Below, piece after piece: positions 26,498 through 35,231 of a stretch of DNA of 64,000 bases. This DNA comes from Chloroflexia bacterium. Lineage in GTDB: Bacteria > Chloroflexota > Chloroflexia > QHBQ01 > JADMIH01. The DNA is taken from contig DASWMJ010000053.1 of the NCBI GenBank assembly GCA_036399775.1, forward strand, positions 94,069 to 158,068, given 5' to 3'. How positions within the stretch are numbered: the stretch's first letter is position 1; the number at the start of each line of letters is the position of its first letter. The notes below the pieces were generated by a model. The model did no database searches, was not told the origin of the DNA, and saw nothing but the letters and a program-made list of their open reading frames with translations. Position numbers and translations under genes: made by a program.

Positions 26498-27934
26498 TTA
26501 GCTTATCGCTCCGTCTTCTGTTCCATTGGGTGAGGCTTCCGGTTCGCCATCAATGCCGTCTTCGGGCGTGGGGATGAACCAGCCAGCCGTCATATTCTTC
26601 TTTACTAGGTATGTGCGCGCCACCCGCCGCACGTCTTCGGCGGTGACTGCGGCCAGCCTGTCGAGGGCCTCGTCGTACATATCGGCGGTGTTGATGCTTT
26701 CCAGGAAGCCCAGCATGTATGCCTGGCTGGAGACGCTGTCGGACGAGTAGATGAACTGCGCCCGCGATTGCCGGACGGCCTTATCCAACTCCTCCTGGGG
26801 TATATCTCCCTCCTGTAGCTTGCGGACTTGATCCAGCAGGGCGTCCTCGATACCGCGCAGGCTTACTTCGTGGTCGTCCGATGGGCGAGCGGTGGCGGAT
26901 AGAGAGAAGACCTGCGGGTCCTTGTGGAGCGAGAAGTATGAGCCTGCGCCCACCGCGATCTCGGTGGCGACCAGCGCCCTGTAGAGGCGGGCCGAGCGCC
27001 CCATGCCTGCTCCTCCAAAGCCCATCGGCTTGGCCCCTGACAACAGGGCGTCGGCCACCATCAGCGGGTAAACGTCGGGGTGTGAGGCCGAAGGAGTATG
27101 AAACACCAGGGCAAGCTGCGCGGTAGGGCCGGGGTGGGTGACTGTCACACGTCGCTCCCCGGTCTGCTCAGGCTCCACAGCGCGCACCTGCGGTATGTTG
27201 GGGCCTGGCTCATAAGCGCCAAATGCCTCTCCTACCTTAGCCACTATTTCAGCCGTGTTGAAGTCGCCCACCACCAGGACGGTGGCGTTATTAGGCGCAT
27301 AGTAGGTCTTGTAATGGTTGTAGAGGTCGTCGCGTGTCATCGTGCGGAGATCGGACTTCCAGCCGATGACGCTGTTGCCGTAGGGGTGGACCTTGAAAGC
27401 CGCCGCCGAAAGCTCCTCGTACAGCATGTAGTCCGGCTCGTTCTCGTGCCCTTCGCGCTCGGAGATGATGACCGTGCGCTCAGACTCGACCTCCTGCGGG
27501 TCGAACAGAGAGTTTGCCATGCGGTCGGCCTCTATCTTGAGGGCGAGGTCGAGCCTGTCGGAAGGCAGCGTCTCGAAGTAAGCGGTCCAATCGTCGGAAG
27601 TGAAGGCGTTGAGAGTGCCTCCGTTCTCCGCGACCACCTGCATTATCTGGCCCTTGCCGAGCGTCTTCGTGCCCTTGAACATCATGTGCTCGACCCAGTG
27701 GGAGATGCCTGTGATGCCTATGTGCTCGTTGCGCGCACCCACCCTGTACCACACCCAGAAAGAGACCACCGGCGCGGAATGCATCTCCTTCGTGATGAGA
27801 GTCAGGCCGTTAGGGAATGTATGCCGTTGGAAGCTGTGCTCTTTCTGTGGTGGCTCTTCTATAGTCTCTTGCCCGTTCTTGGCAGGCGCTTGCGTGGCTA
27901 GCGCAGGGTCTATACCCGTTTGTGTGTTGCTCAT
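26498..27934 (-). CDS. M16 family zinc peptidase, catalytic subunit type
   Basis: HWVEHMMFKGT carries the inverted zincin motif HxxEH. Confidence 0.85.
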   Translation of the reverse strand: MSNTQTGIDPALATQAPAKNGQETIEEPPQKEHSFQRHTFPNGLTLITKEMHSAPVVSFWVWYRVGARNEHIGITGISHWVEHMMFKGTKTLGKGQIMQVVAENGGTLNAFTSDDWTAYFETLPSDRLDLALKIEADRMANSLFDPQEVESERTVIISEREGHENEPDYMLYEELSAAAFKVHPYGNSVIGWKSDLRTMTRDDLYNHYKTYYAPNNATVLVVGDFNTAEIVAKVGEAFGAYEPGPNIPQVRAVEPEQTGERRVTVTHPGPTAQLALVFHTPSASHPDVYPLMVADALLSGAKPMGFGGAGMGRSARLYRALVATEIAVGAGSYFSLHKDPQVFSLSATARPSDDHEVSLRGIEDALLDQVRKLQEGDIPQEELDKAVRQSRAQFIYSSDSVSSQAYMLGFLESINTADMYDEALDRLAAVTAEDVRRVARTYLVKKNMTAGWFIPTPEDGIDGEPEASPNGTEDGAIS

Positions 27935-28302
27935 TCTATAAAACTCTCCTATCCTTTTGTTGCGACTGTATCCTGTGCTGAATACTGACTCAATTATAAC
28001 CGACCCGCCAATCTGAAATCAGGCCACTGATCCGCAGGACACAGTATTTCAAACGCAAAGTTTGCCGAAGCTTCGGGATATAATCATGCCCCAAGCGCTT
28101 CGCCGGGCGGTACTTCGTCCGCGTTCAGAAAGGATGTATAGGTAGCAACAAGAATCGATGGTCGACTGTTGCTAAGAACTACCTTAGTTGATAAGATTGC
28201 TGTTATTTGATAATGTTCATTAGTATTTATATTGGCGAGGGTGATCTCAACGCGTTGCCTGGATCCACTGTATCGCCAGCTTTGCAGGAGGGCGGACAAA
28301 TT

Positions 28303-30564
28303 ATGCAATTTACCGAGTTAATGTTGATATATACGCTGCCTATATTTTGGAATGAGCCGCCTGAAGATGCACCGCGAAGAGCCTCACTTCTCAGGGATTT
28401 CCTCCTTTTCCTGCTTGACCCTGATAGACCGGGAACAGGAGCGCTCAACAGTTACGGAGTAAGCAATACGACTAAGCCAAACTGGTTCCCCGATGGTAAA
28501 ATCTCCAGCGAATGGGTGCGAGCCACATATGATACGGTATGGAAGCCTCAGGCAGAGGCCCTGTCGGTAGCACGCCTAACGGGAAGCCAAGCGCTTGAAG
28601 AGCATCGTAAGAGCAGAGCAGAGCTATTTCTTGATCGTGAGCGATTAGTCGCGTGTCTTGAAGCGGCTGAAATCAATGTAAATGTGCCAGCCGATATCTT
28701 TGTTAATTTATCAGTAGATTGGGAACATGACGACCAGTGGCTCTGGTGGGCACCTCAGCTACGTATCTGTAACTATCGGCCTTACAATCCTAAGTATGCG
28801 CCGCCACTGCTGTCGGGCACTTCTGCTAAATCAGCTTCGCTGCCCCTAGAAAGAGCCGCAGACATTTTGTATAGCGATTTCTGGTGTACAGTATTGACAG
28901 CATTTGGCGAGCTATATTCTAAGTACTTAGACCATATAGGGGTAACATTGGAGCTTACTCCAGAAACAGTGTTGCCCCCAGTTTTCTTCTATGCCAAGCC
29001 AAATCGCTTGGTAAATGTGCCGCAGGATTTCGTGTCACCTAAACAACTTCCTACACTACAGAAGCTAGCTAGACGCATTGCTGGCACCGAGGATCTACTG
29101 AGCACAGAGGTTGCAGCTGCTTTACTTCAAGGGACTATACTTAGCTTCCGGCGAGAAGTAGAGAAACTAGATATAGACGAGAATTCAAGATTAGAAACGT
29201 CTTGGCGATCAAATTACCTTCTCATACCCTGGTTACCTGCAGCAACAATAGAGTGTTTGGAAGAGGCCGAACACGATGCGTACCTTGTTGCTAGACAACT
29301 GACCTGCTGTGAGTTTGTCGCTGGCGGCCGGCGACATATGGATCTGGATAAAGACTTACTAAAACCAACGCGTTCCTTACGTCTCCTTAATGAAACCGCT
29401 GAAGAAGCAGTACGTCTTGTCAAACGGCTTCAACGTCAGATTGCCTTTGAGAACCAATCGCGTGTAAGGCGCGACGCTTACGAAGTTGTGCGACAACTGC
29501 ATTCATCTATCTTTCGTCTCGGCATTGAACTATTACCGGTGACAAACAAAGTTATTTCAAAGAAGGCAGATTGGCAACATATTACCGATAACGTCATACG
29601 AGATACCCAATCTCGCTTGGCTATACGTGCATTACCATCTATGCGTCCCCTTTCGGAATCACTTGCAAATAGTCGTGCTCATATGCAAGTTATAGATGTT
29701 TTGGAGAATTTGGCGCAAGATGGACACAGTATCCAGGATAAGTTCCGTAGTGTGACTGCGTCATTGCAGGATATATTAGAGCAAGAACGACATGAAATAC
29801 AAGACAGAGAAAATGTGCGTCAGCAACTCATTGGCTATATACTGGCTGCGCTTACAGCCTCTACTGTCTTCCCACTTCTCATTGGGCAGGCAAGCTGGAA
29901 AGAATTAAAGGATGAAATAGGGACGTGGCCCGACTATTTACTGTGGCTTCGCGTTGCGTACATTGAACCCCATCGTTGGTGGACTTTGCTTGCTATGGTC
30001 TCAGCCACCATTCTTATTGTACTCTTAGTTATTGCCCTCATTCTCATCGCGCGGAAATGGGGAGGTACCAATAAATACAGCAAAAAGCTTGCTAAAGGTG
30101 GTAGGATAATCGCTTGTATTGAGCGGTGTATTGATGAAGGAAAGGATAAGAAAGTATGCGAGCAATTGAAAAAGGTAGTTAATTTGCTACAACCAAAGCC
30201 ATTAGCTTTTTTTCGTCTCCCGACTAGTGGCTATAAAGCCACTAGCGATCAAGTTATTGCGTTCATCATTCAAACCGAATTGAAAACGAGACTTCCTATA
30301 CCAAAGGGTCTGCCGAGGGCTCTCTGTTTGTGTCGCTACCTTGACGTGGTGCAATCACTAGATAATGCTGCACAAACGGACGATGACTTTAGTAAAGCGC
30401 TTGAAGACTGTGACCTCAGTTCAGAAGAGGTGACGCAGGTCAAAGAACGAGCAGAGCAATATAGACAGAGGAAAGACTGGAAGGGACTGATTGACTGGGT
30501 TCTAGGTGACTGGTTCGAAACGACTTCAAACCACTCAGTGGTGCGGGCAACCAGCAAACTGTGA
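28303..30564 (+). CDS. orphan 753-aa protein: large soluble N-region, coiled coil, two TM helices, Lys-rich C-region; low GC
   Basis: I prefer ATG 28303, preceded by AGGAGGG. TM helices are LIGYILAALTASTVFPLLIG and WWTLLAMVSATILIVLLVIALILIA. I recognise no family motif. Two hand-counted lines give 45-48% G+C against ~67% in the adjacent M16 gene. Confidence 0.6.
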   Translation: MQFTELMLIYTLPIFWNEPPEDAPRRASLLRDFLLFLLDPDRPGTGALNSYGVSNTTKPNWFPDGKISSEWVRATYDTVWKPQAEALSVARLTGSQALEEHRKSRAELFLDRERLVACLEAAEINVNVPADIFVNLSVDWEHDDQWLWWAPQLRICNYRPYNPKYAPPLLSGTSAKSASLPLERAADILYSDFWCTVLTAFGELYSKYLDHIGVTLELTPETVLPPVFFYAKPNRLVNVPQDFVSPKQLPTLQKLARRIAGTEDLLSTEVAAALLQGTILSFRREVEKLDIDENSRLETSWRSNYLLIPWLPAATIECLEEAEHDAYLVARQLTCCEFVAGGRRHMDLDKDLLKPTRSLRLLNETAEEAVRLVKRLQRQIAFENQSRVRRDAYEVVRQLHSSIFRLGIELLPVTNKVISKKADWQHITDNVIRDTQSRLAIRALPSMRPLSESLANSRAHMQVIDVLENLAQDGHSIQDKFRSVTASLQDILEQERHEIQDRENVRQQLIGYILAALTASTVFPLLIGQASWKELKDEIGTWPDYLLWLRVAYIEPHRWWTLLAMVSATILIVLLVIALILIARKWGGTNKYSKKLAKGGRIIACIERCIDEGKDKKVCEQLKKVVNLLQPKPLAFFRLPTSGYKATSDQVIAFIIQTELKTRLPIPKGLPRALCLCRYLDVVQSLDNAAQTDDDFSKALEDCDLSSEEVTQVKERAEQYRQRKDWKGLIDWVLGDWFETTSNHSVVRATSKL

Positions 30565-30843
30565 GTCTAATAGTGCTTCCGCCGCCTCCACCCCTTCCAT
30601 CAATAAGTGCTCCTTCTGTGCCTGTATCAGAGGACTCAAATAAGATACCGGTTTCTGCAACGCAAGATTGCTTATGGAATTGTATATGTCGGTAGTACTC
30701 TTGGATCATATAGAAAGAAGCGCTAGACAGTAGTTGAATGGGTTGATAACTTTTGTATTCCATATGCCCTACAGGGCGAGCTGACGCGCACGCGTTCGGC
30801 TGCCTCGTTGCGAACAAGTCCGGACAGGTGGGCTTAAGAATTT

Positions 30844-30872
30844 TTGACAGCGCGTACCGCCTCTGGTATAAT
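30844..30872 (+). promoter_or_regulatory. consensus sigma70-type promoter of tRNA-Pro
   Basis: TTGACA at 30844-30849, a 17-nt spacer, then TATAAT at 30867-30872 preceded by TGG. The tRNA starts at 30884. Confidence 0.8.
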
Positions 30873-30883
30873 GGGAGGTACTT

Positions 30884-30957
30884 CGGGGTGTAGCGCAGCC
30901 CGGTAGCGCGCTTCCTTCGGGAGGAAGAAGTCGGAGGTTCGAATCCTCTCACCCCGA
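30884..30957 (+). tRNA. tRNA-Pro (anticodon CGG)
   Basis: CGGGGTG/CACCCCG acceptor stem, GGTTCGAATCC T-arm and anticodon arm CTTCC-TTCGGGA-GGAAG. CCA is not encoded. Confidence 0.9.
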
Positions 30958-30963
30958 CACTAT

Positions 30964-30996
30964 AAAGGTATCGAACAAGAGCAGTTCGATACCTTT
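30964..30996 (+). terminator. intrinsic terminator after tRNA-Pro
   Basis: aaaggtatcgaac-aagagca-gttcgataccttt, with 4 T in total counting the 3 stem-terminal T plus one following T. Confidence 0.7.
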
Positions 30997-31005
30997 TGCT
31001 ATAAT
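30997..31005 (+). promoter_or_regulatory. extended -10 promoter TGCTATAAT only 7 nt upstream of the HNH start codon (leaderless mRNA predicted)
   Basis: TATAAT at 31000-31005 and ATG at 31013. There is no room for a Shine-Dalgarno sequence. Confidence 0.5.
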
Positions 31006-31012
31006 ACGGCCT

Positions 31013-31474
31013 ATGAAGCGTTGCTGTCGCTGTGGTCTAGAAAAGCCGTATGATCAGTTCCACCGTAATTCCCTCCGTAAGGATGGGTTGCAATCCTATT
31101 GTAAGCTGTGCAAGAAGGGAATAGACGCGGAGATTTACGCGCGGGGTGGCGAGGCGTATAAGCAGCAAAAGAAATCACGGCAACGTGTGATTGCAAATAG
31201 AAACTCCAGGCTTCTGTTCGAGTATTTGCGGCAACACCAATGCGTTGACTGCGGGGAGAACGACCCAATCGTGCTTGAGTTTGATCACGTCCGAGGGCAG
31301 AAAAAGTACAACATCGCTGATTTGGTACGCAGGTATGGTAGCTGGGAAACCATTCAGGCCGAGATAGCGAAATGCGAAGTGCGTTGTGCCAATTGCCACA
31401 GGCGCGTCACTGCGAAGAGTCGGGGAGTCCAACGCTATTTGTTAGGTCTGGAGCTATCCGAACAGGCAGATTGA
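31013..31474 (+). CDS. HNH endonuclease
   Basis: CVDCGENDPIVLEFDHVRG...CEVRCANCHRRVT carries the HNH/Cys-box motifs, and an N-terminal CRCG...CKLC zinc-ribbon-like motif precedes it. Confidence 0.75.
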   Translation: MKRCCRCGLEKPYDQFHRNSLRKDGLQSYCKLCKKGIDAEIYARGGEAYKQQKKSRQRVIANRNSRLLFEYLRQHQCVDCGENDPIVLEFDHVRGQKKYNIADLVRRYGSWETIQAEIAKCEVRCANCHRRVTAKSRGVQRYLLGLELSEQAD

Positions 31475-31475
31475 C

Positions 31476-31510
31476 GAACAAGGCTGAGGCATAAAGCTCA
31501 GCCTTGTTGT
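31476..31510. terminator. hairpin terminator between convergent HNH and LOG genes
   Basis: gaacaaggctgag-gcataaag-ctcagccttgtt followed by gtttagtt. Confidence 0.6.
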
Positions 31511-31528
31511 TTAGTTAGGCATACCTTT

Positions 31529-32527
31529 CTATTGAGCGTCGTTCTTGTGTGGGCTGGCGGGTTCGGCGTGCTTAGATTCTGTCGCAGCCTGGGTATTCTT
31601 TTGCCCGTTGCCATTGGGGCCATAAAGCGCACCTGGCTCATCTAGTAGTTCAGCCTGGATTTTGCCTGCTTCCGACGAGTCCTCGGCTTGCCAGCATCTA
31701 TCGTTGTAGCACTCGATGATGAGCCTACACGCTTCTTCGACGGAGTCCGTGACGATGAGCAGCTTGAGGTCTTCGGGCGACACCTTGCCCTCTGCGAGCA
31801 TAGTGCCCTTTATCCAATTTAGGAGGCCATTCCAGTAGTGGCTGCCGAAGAGAATCAATGGGAAGTTTCGTACTTTGCCGGTCTGGATGAGGGTGAGCGC
31901 CTCGAATAGCTCATCCATCGTGCCGAAGCCGCCGGGGAAAATGACGAACGCTTCCGAATATTTCATGAACATCGTTTTGCGCACGAAGAAGTAGCGGAAG
32001 TTGATAGATATATCTACGTAGGCGTTCGTGCCCTGCTCGAAGGGCAATTCGATGTTGCAGCCGATGGAGATGCCTCCCGCCTCTTTCGCCCCCCGGTTTG
32101 CGGCTTCCATGATGCCTGGCCCGCCGCCGCTGATGATGGCGAAGCCCTCGTTAGCAAGCTGCTTGCTCAACTCCACAGTGGCCTGGTACATGGAGTCGTC
32201 TTCGCGGACGCGGGCGGAGCCAAAGATAGTGACCGCTGCTCCCAGGGTGGCAAGCGTATCGAAGCCGTTTACGAACTCACCCATGATACGCAGCACGCGC
32301 CAGGTATCGGAGCGGGTGAAATCGTCGCGATCGGGCGAGGGCCTGCGTAGTAACTGCTCGTCCTCGGTGGGCGTGCCCATGCGCGTAGCGCGGTTGAGCG
32401 TCTCGTTCGGCTTCATGCTAGCGTTATGCGCCTGTAACTCACTGGTGGGCAGCGTAAGGGGACGGCGAGCCTCAGATTTCTTTTCGCCAGGTTGCGCGGG
32501 GTCTTGCTTGTGGTTGGAGCGGTCCAT
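31529..32527 (-). CDS. LOG family protein (TIGR00730-type Rossmann fold, cytokinin riboside 5'-monophosphate phosphoribohydrolase-like)
   Basis: GGGPGIMEAANRGA and PGGFGTMDELFEALTLIQTGK motifs. The N-terminal ~70 aa are an unusual extension. Confidence 0.8.
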   Translation of the reverse strand: MDRSNHKQDPAQPGEKKSEARRPLTLPTSELQAHNASMKPNETLNRATRMGTPTEDEQLLRRPSPDRDDFTRSDTWRVLRIMGEFVNGFDTLATLGAAVTIFGSARVREDDSMYQATVELSKQLANEGFAIISGGGPGIMEAANRGAKEAGGISIGCNIELPFEQGTNAYVDISINFRYFFVRKTMFMKYSEAFVIFPGGFGTMDELFEALTLIQTGKVRNFPLILFGSHYWNGLLNWIKGTMLAEGKVSPEDLKLLIVTDSVEEACRLIIECYNDRCWQAEDSSEAGKIQAELLDEPGALYGPNGNGQKNTQAATESKHAEPASPHKNDAQ

Positions 32528-32598
32528 AGGTATTACCTTCTTTGAGATGGTTATCGTGAGGATAGAGACTTGCGCAGAAAGCGTGCCATTAACCGCTA

Positions 32599-33111
32599 TT
32601 ATTTGCCGTCGAGCCAGACGAAATTGGCCTGGTTTTGGAGTATGGGCATGCGGGCGTGGTTGGTCACATTGAGGAAGTCCGGTGTCGCTTCGTCGGTAAG
32701 CATGTAGACGCGAGTATCATCGCCCCTGTGGACGAGCACTCCCTTGATGCCGTTGTCTATATTGAACCACTTCCCTTTCTCTACACCTTGCGCTACGGGT
32801 ATCAGCACAGGTTGGGGCTTGAGATAGTCCCACCTGCCCGTAGTGATGCTGTCAATCCGCGCCCAGCCGGTCTGCGGGAAGGGCGCTTGCTTGTCGCGGT
32901 TGCCCCACCGGACTATTACCTCTTCCTCTTCACCCTCACTGCCATCCTCTGCGTTTTCAACCCGCACGGGTAGCACGGGTTCGCCCTTCTGCCAGTAGAG
33001 GGAGCGCACCTCGCCTGTGCGCTCGAACTCCGCCAGGTCTTCGGGTGAGTAGTATTTTGCTAACGTCTCTCGGTACTCTTTCTTGTAAGGAAATATCACT
33101 CCGCCACACAT
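32599..33111 (-). CDS. short SRAP-like (SOS response-associated peptidase / YedK-like) protein, divergent
   Basis: Begins MCGG (candidate Cys2 nucleophile) and has a HARMPIL motif resembling the SRAP H.RMP(V)IL. GGAGG lies upstream. The assignment is tentative. Confidence 0.45.
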   Translation of the reverse strand: MCGGVIFPYKKEYRETLAKYYSPEDLAEFERTGEVRSLYWQKGEPVLPVRVENAEDGSEGEEEEVIVRWGNRDKQAPFPQTGWARIDSITTGRWDYLKPQPVLIPVAQGVEKGKWFNIDNGIKGVLVHRGDDTRVYMLTDEATPDFLNVTNHARMPILQNQANFVWLDGK

Positions 33112-33124
33112 AGTAAGTAACCTC

Positions 33125-33967
33125 CTATCTTAGTCCTGCAAATAGATCGCCCCTGGCGTCTGGGGTATCCGGCAGGGGTGTGCCTGCCGCCAGGACGTAG
33201 TGCTCAGTGCCCCGGACCATATCGTTGAACTCCGAGGGCATCTTGGCCCACATCTCAAAGTCCTTGCTTTGGGTGCGGTGCTGCTTCAAACTCTGCGCTT
33301 TCAGGTCCAGCCACCTACTCACGTCCACAGAGTTGGTTATCTCGCTGTCGGGCAGTCCGAACTTATCCGTGTCCAACCTCAGGTAATCGGAATCGGACTG
33401 CAACTCTGCCATCAAACGTGAGAGCCTTTTCATGATGCTGCGCGGCCAGGTAGAGTAGTAGAGCCGGGTGGTCTGCCATGGTTCGCCCGCTTCGGGGAAA
33501 GTATCAGGGTCGGCGGCTACCTCGAATGCCTCATTCGTCAATTCGTGGACGGTAAGGTGGTCCAGGTGGCCGTACCCACCTGTAGGGTCAAACGTGACCA
33601 TGACGGTTGGCTTGAAGTCGCGCACGATCTTGACTATCCTGCCCAGCGCCTCTTGCCTGTCGCTCCGGTAGAAGCAAGTTGGATCATCGTTTTCAGGCGA
33701 GCCGATCCAGCCGGAGTCTCGGTATTCGAGGAACCACAGGTTCTTGACACCGATTACCACGCAGGCCGCGCGCAATTCGGCTTCTCGCACCTTCGCGAGC
33801 GTCTCCGGCGTCGCCAGCGAAGGGTCGGCTATCTGCCCAGCCTCGCCCCGCGTAGCGCATATCAGCCCCGTGCGTATGCCTTCGGTAGCCGCCTGCGCGT
33901 ACACCCCACTCATTACCTGCTCGTCGTCCGGGTGGGCAAAGACGCCGAGTATTGATAGGTCCGACAT
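33125..33967 (-). CDS. PIG-L/LmbE family deacetylase
   Basis: ILGVFAHPDDEQVMSG carries the AHPDDE signature, and HLDH follows later. Confidence 0.8.
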   Translation of the reverse strand: MSDLSILGVFAHPDDEQVMSGVYAQAATEGIRTGLICATRGEAGQIADPSLATPETLAKVREAELRAACVVIGVKNLWFLEYRDSGWIGSPENDDPTCFYRSDRQEALGRIVKIVRDFKPTVMVTFDPTGGYGHLDHLTVHELTNEAFEVAADPDTFPEAGEPWQTTRLYYSTWPRSIMKRLSRLMAELQSDSDYLRLDTDKFGLPDSEITNSVDVSRWLDLKAQSLKQHRTQSKDFEMWAKMPSEFNDMVRGTEHYVLAAGTPLPDTPDARGDLFAGLR

Positions 33968-33984
33968 TGTATGCTTTCCTTCCT

Positions 33985-34139
33985 GATGCGTGAAACGTGA
34001 TACGTGAAAACTTTACTCCCTCTTGATAATCTCAGAGTCTCTGCGCTTCTGCAGCTTAATCCTAACTATCTTTGCGAACTTTGCGTTTCTTTGCGTCTTT
34101 GAGGTTACGTAATTACGTTGCACGTTTCACGTTTTACGC
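33985..34139. repeat. composite palindromic element, copy 1 (CGTGAAA-heptad arms, B-box, 37-nt C-box)
   Basis: Arms are gcgtgaaacgtgatacgtgaaaac and gttgcacgtttcacgttttacgc. The B-box is tctctgcgcttctgcag. The C-box at 34070-34106 is ctttgcgaactttgcgtttctttgcgtctttgaggtt. Confidence 0.85.
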
Positions 34140-34217
34140 ATGCATTGTACAACAAAACAGTTCTGGTGTGAGCGCAGAGGGTGGGCTATAATTCGGGAGT
34201 TGTGTTGGGAGATTGGT

Positions 34218-35231
34218 GTGGTTGACGTAAGCAATGGGCTGGCGTTGAGGGGGGTTCGGAAGGCGTTTCGCAACCTTGTGGCTGTAGACGACCTGACATT
34301 TACCGTGCCGCGAGGCTCGATGTTCGGGCTGCTGGGCGCGAACGGCGCGGGCAAGACGACCACTCTGCGGATGATACTCAATATCCTCAGCCCTGATGCG
34401 GGCGCTATCACCTGGGATGGGAGACCCATCACGGAATTGCCGCGCCGAGCTTTCGGCTATCTGCCGGAGGAGCGCGGCCTCTACCCTAAAATGAAGGCGG
34501 GCGAGGAGTTGGTCTTCCTGGCGGGGTTGAACGACCTCAGCCGGGCGGAAGCCACGAAACGCGCCCACGAATGGCTGGGGAGGATGGGCCTGGGGGACGC
34601 CTGGAACCGCAAGGTCGAAGAGTTGTCCAAGGGCAACCAGCAGAAGGTACAGGTGCTGGCCGCGCTCCTGCACGACCCTGAGATTATGCTCATGGACGAG
34701 CCGTTCTCCGGCCTCGACCCCATCAACACCGACGTGCTCAGGGAGGCGTTGGTGCGGAGGCGCAGCCAGGGGAGGACGATCATATTCTCCAGCCACCGCC
34801 TTGAGCAGGTGGAGGAGTTGTGCGATCACGTCGCCATCATCCACAGGGGACGACTGCTGGCTACGGGGCTGCTCGCCGACCTGAAGCGCCGGACGGGGCG
34901 CACCCTTATAGAGTTAGCTTTTGCTACCGCCGGTAATGGGGAAGCGCCGGACCTGGGTAGCTTCGTCTCTTCCCTAGTGCCCTACCATATTAGCGTCACC
35001 GAGCGGCGCAGCGACGGCTTGCGACTTGAGTTAGGGGATGGCGCGACTTCCGAGCAGGTGCTGAGTATGGCTATCGAGCGCGGCCCCGGCCCAGTGAAGC
35101 GCTTTGAAGTGGTAGAGCCGAGTCTACAAGAGATATTTATTGCCGCCGTGCGCGCTGTAGACCCGGCGGCGGTTGAGCAGTTGGCGGCAGAGGGGGCTAT
35201 CTCCGGTAGCAAAGTGCTGACCGAAGGCTGA
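34218..35231 (+). CDS. ABC transporter ATP-binding protein (ABC-2/NatA-like)
   Basis: Walker A GANGAGKTT, signature LSKGNQQK and Walker B IMLMDEPFSGLD. I prefer GTG 34218 because the ORF-track start at 34140 runs through the repeat element. Confidence 0.85.
   Translation: MVDVSNGLALRGVRKAFRNLVAVDDLTFTVPRGSMFGLLGANGAGKTTTLRMILNILSPDAGAITWDGRPITELPRRAFGYLPEERGLYPKMKAGEELVFLAGLNDLSRAEATKRAHEWLGRMGLGDAWNRKVEELSKGNQQKVQVLAALLHDPEIMLMDEPFSGLDPINTDVLREALVRRRSQGRTIIFSSHRLEQVEELCDHVAIIHRGRLLATGLLADLKRRTGRTLIELAFATAGNGEAPDLGSFVSSLVPYHISVTERRSDGLRLELGDGATSEQVLSMAIERGPGPVKRFEVVEPSLQEIFIAAVRAVDPAAVEQLAAEGAISGSKVLTEG

Noticed and set aside
30440-30952. 170-aa minus-strand ORF, including a Gly5-containing internal peptide (MEYKSY...GGGGGS) considered as a small or RiPP-like gene.
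   Set aside because: It overlaps tRNA-Pro, its consensus promoter and the 3' end of the 753-aa gene. It has no ribosome-binding site and no partner genes.
34140-34217. ORF-track N-terminal extensions: ABC ATPase from 34140, LOR/SDH-like from 44092, regulator from 17176, htrA to 17083, and the 785-aa form from 28207.
   Set aside because: The extensions run through repeat elements or the conserved promoter/box arrays and lack ribosome-binding sites. Downstream starts have Shine-Dalgarno sequences and align with paralogue N-termini.
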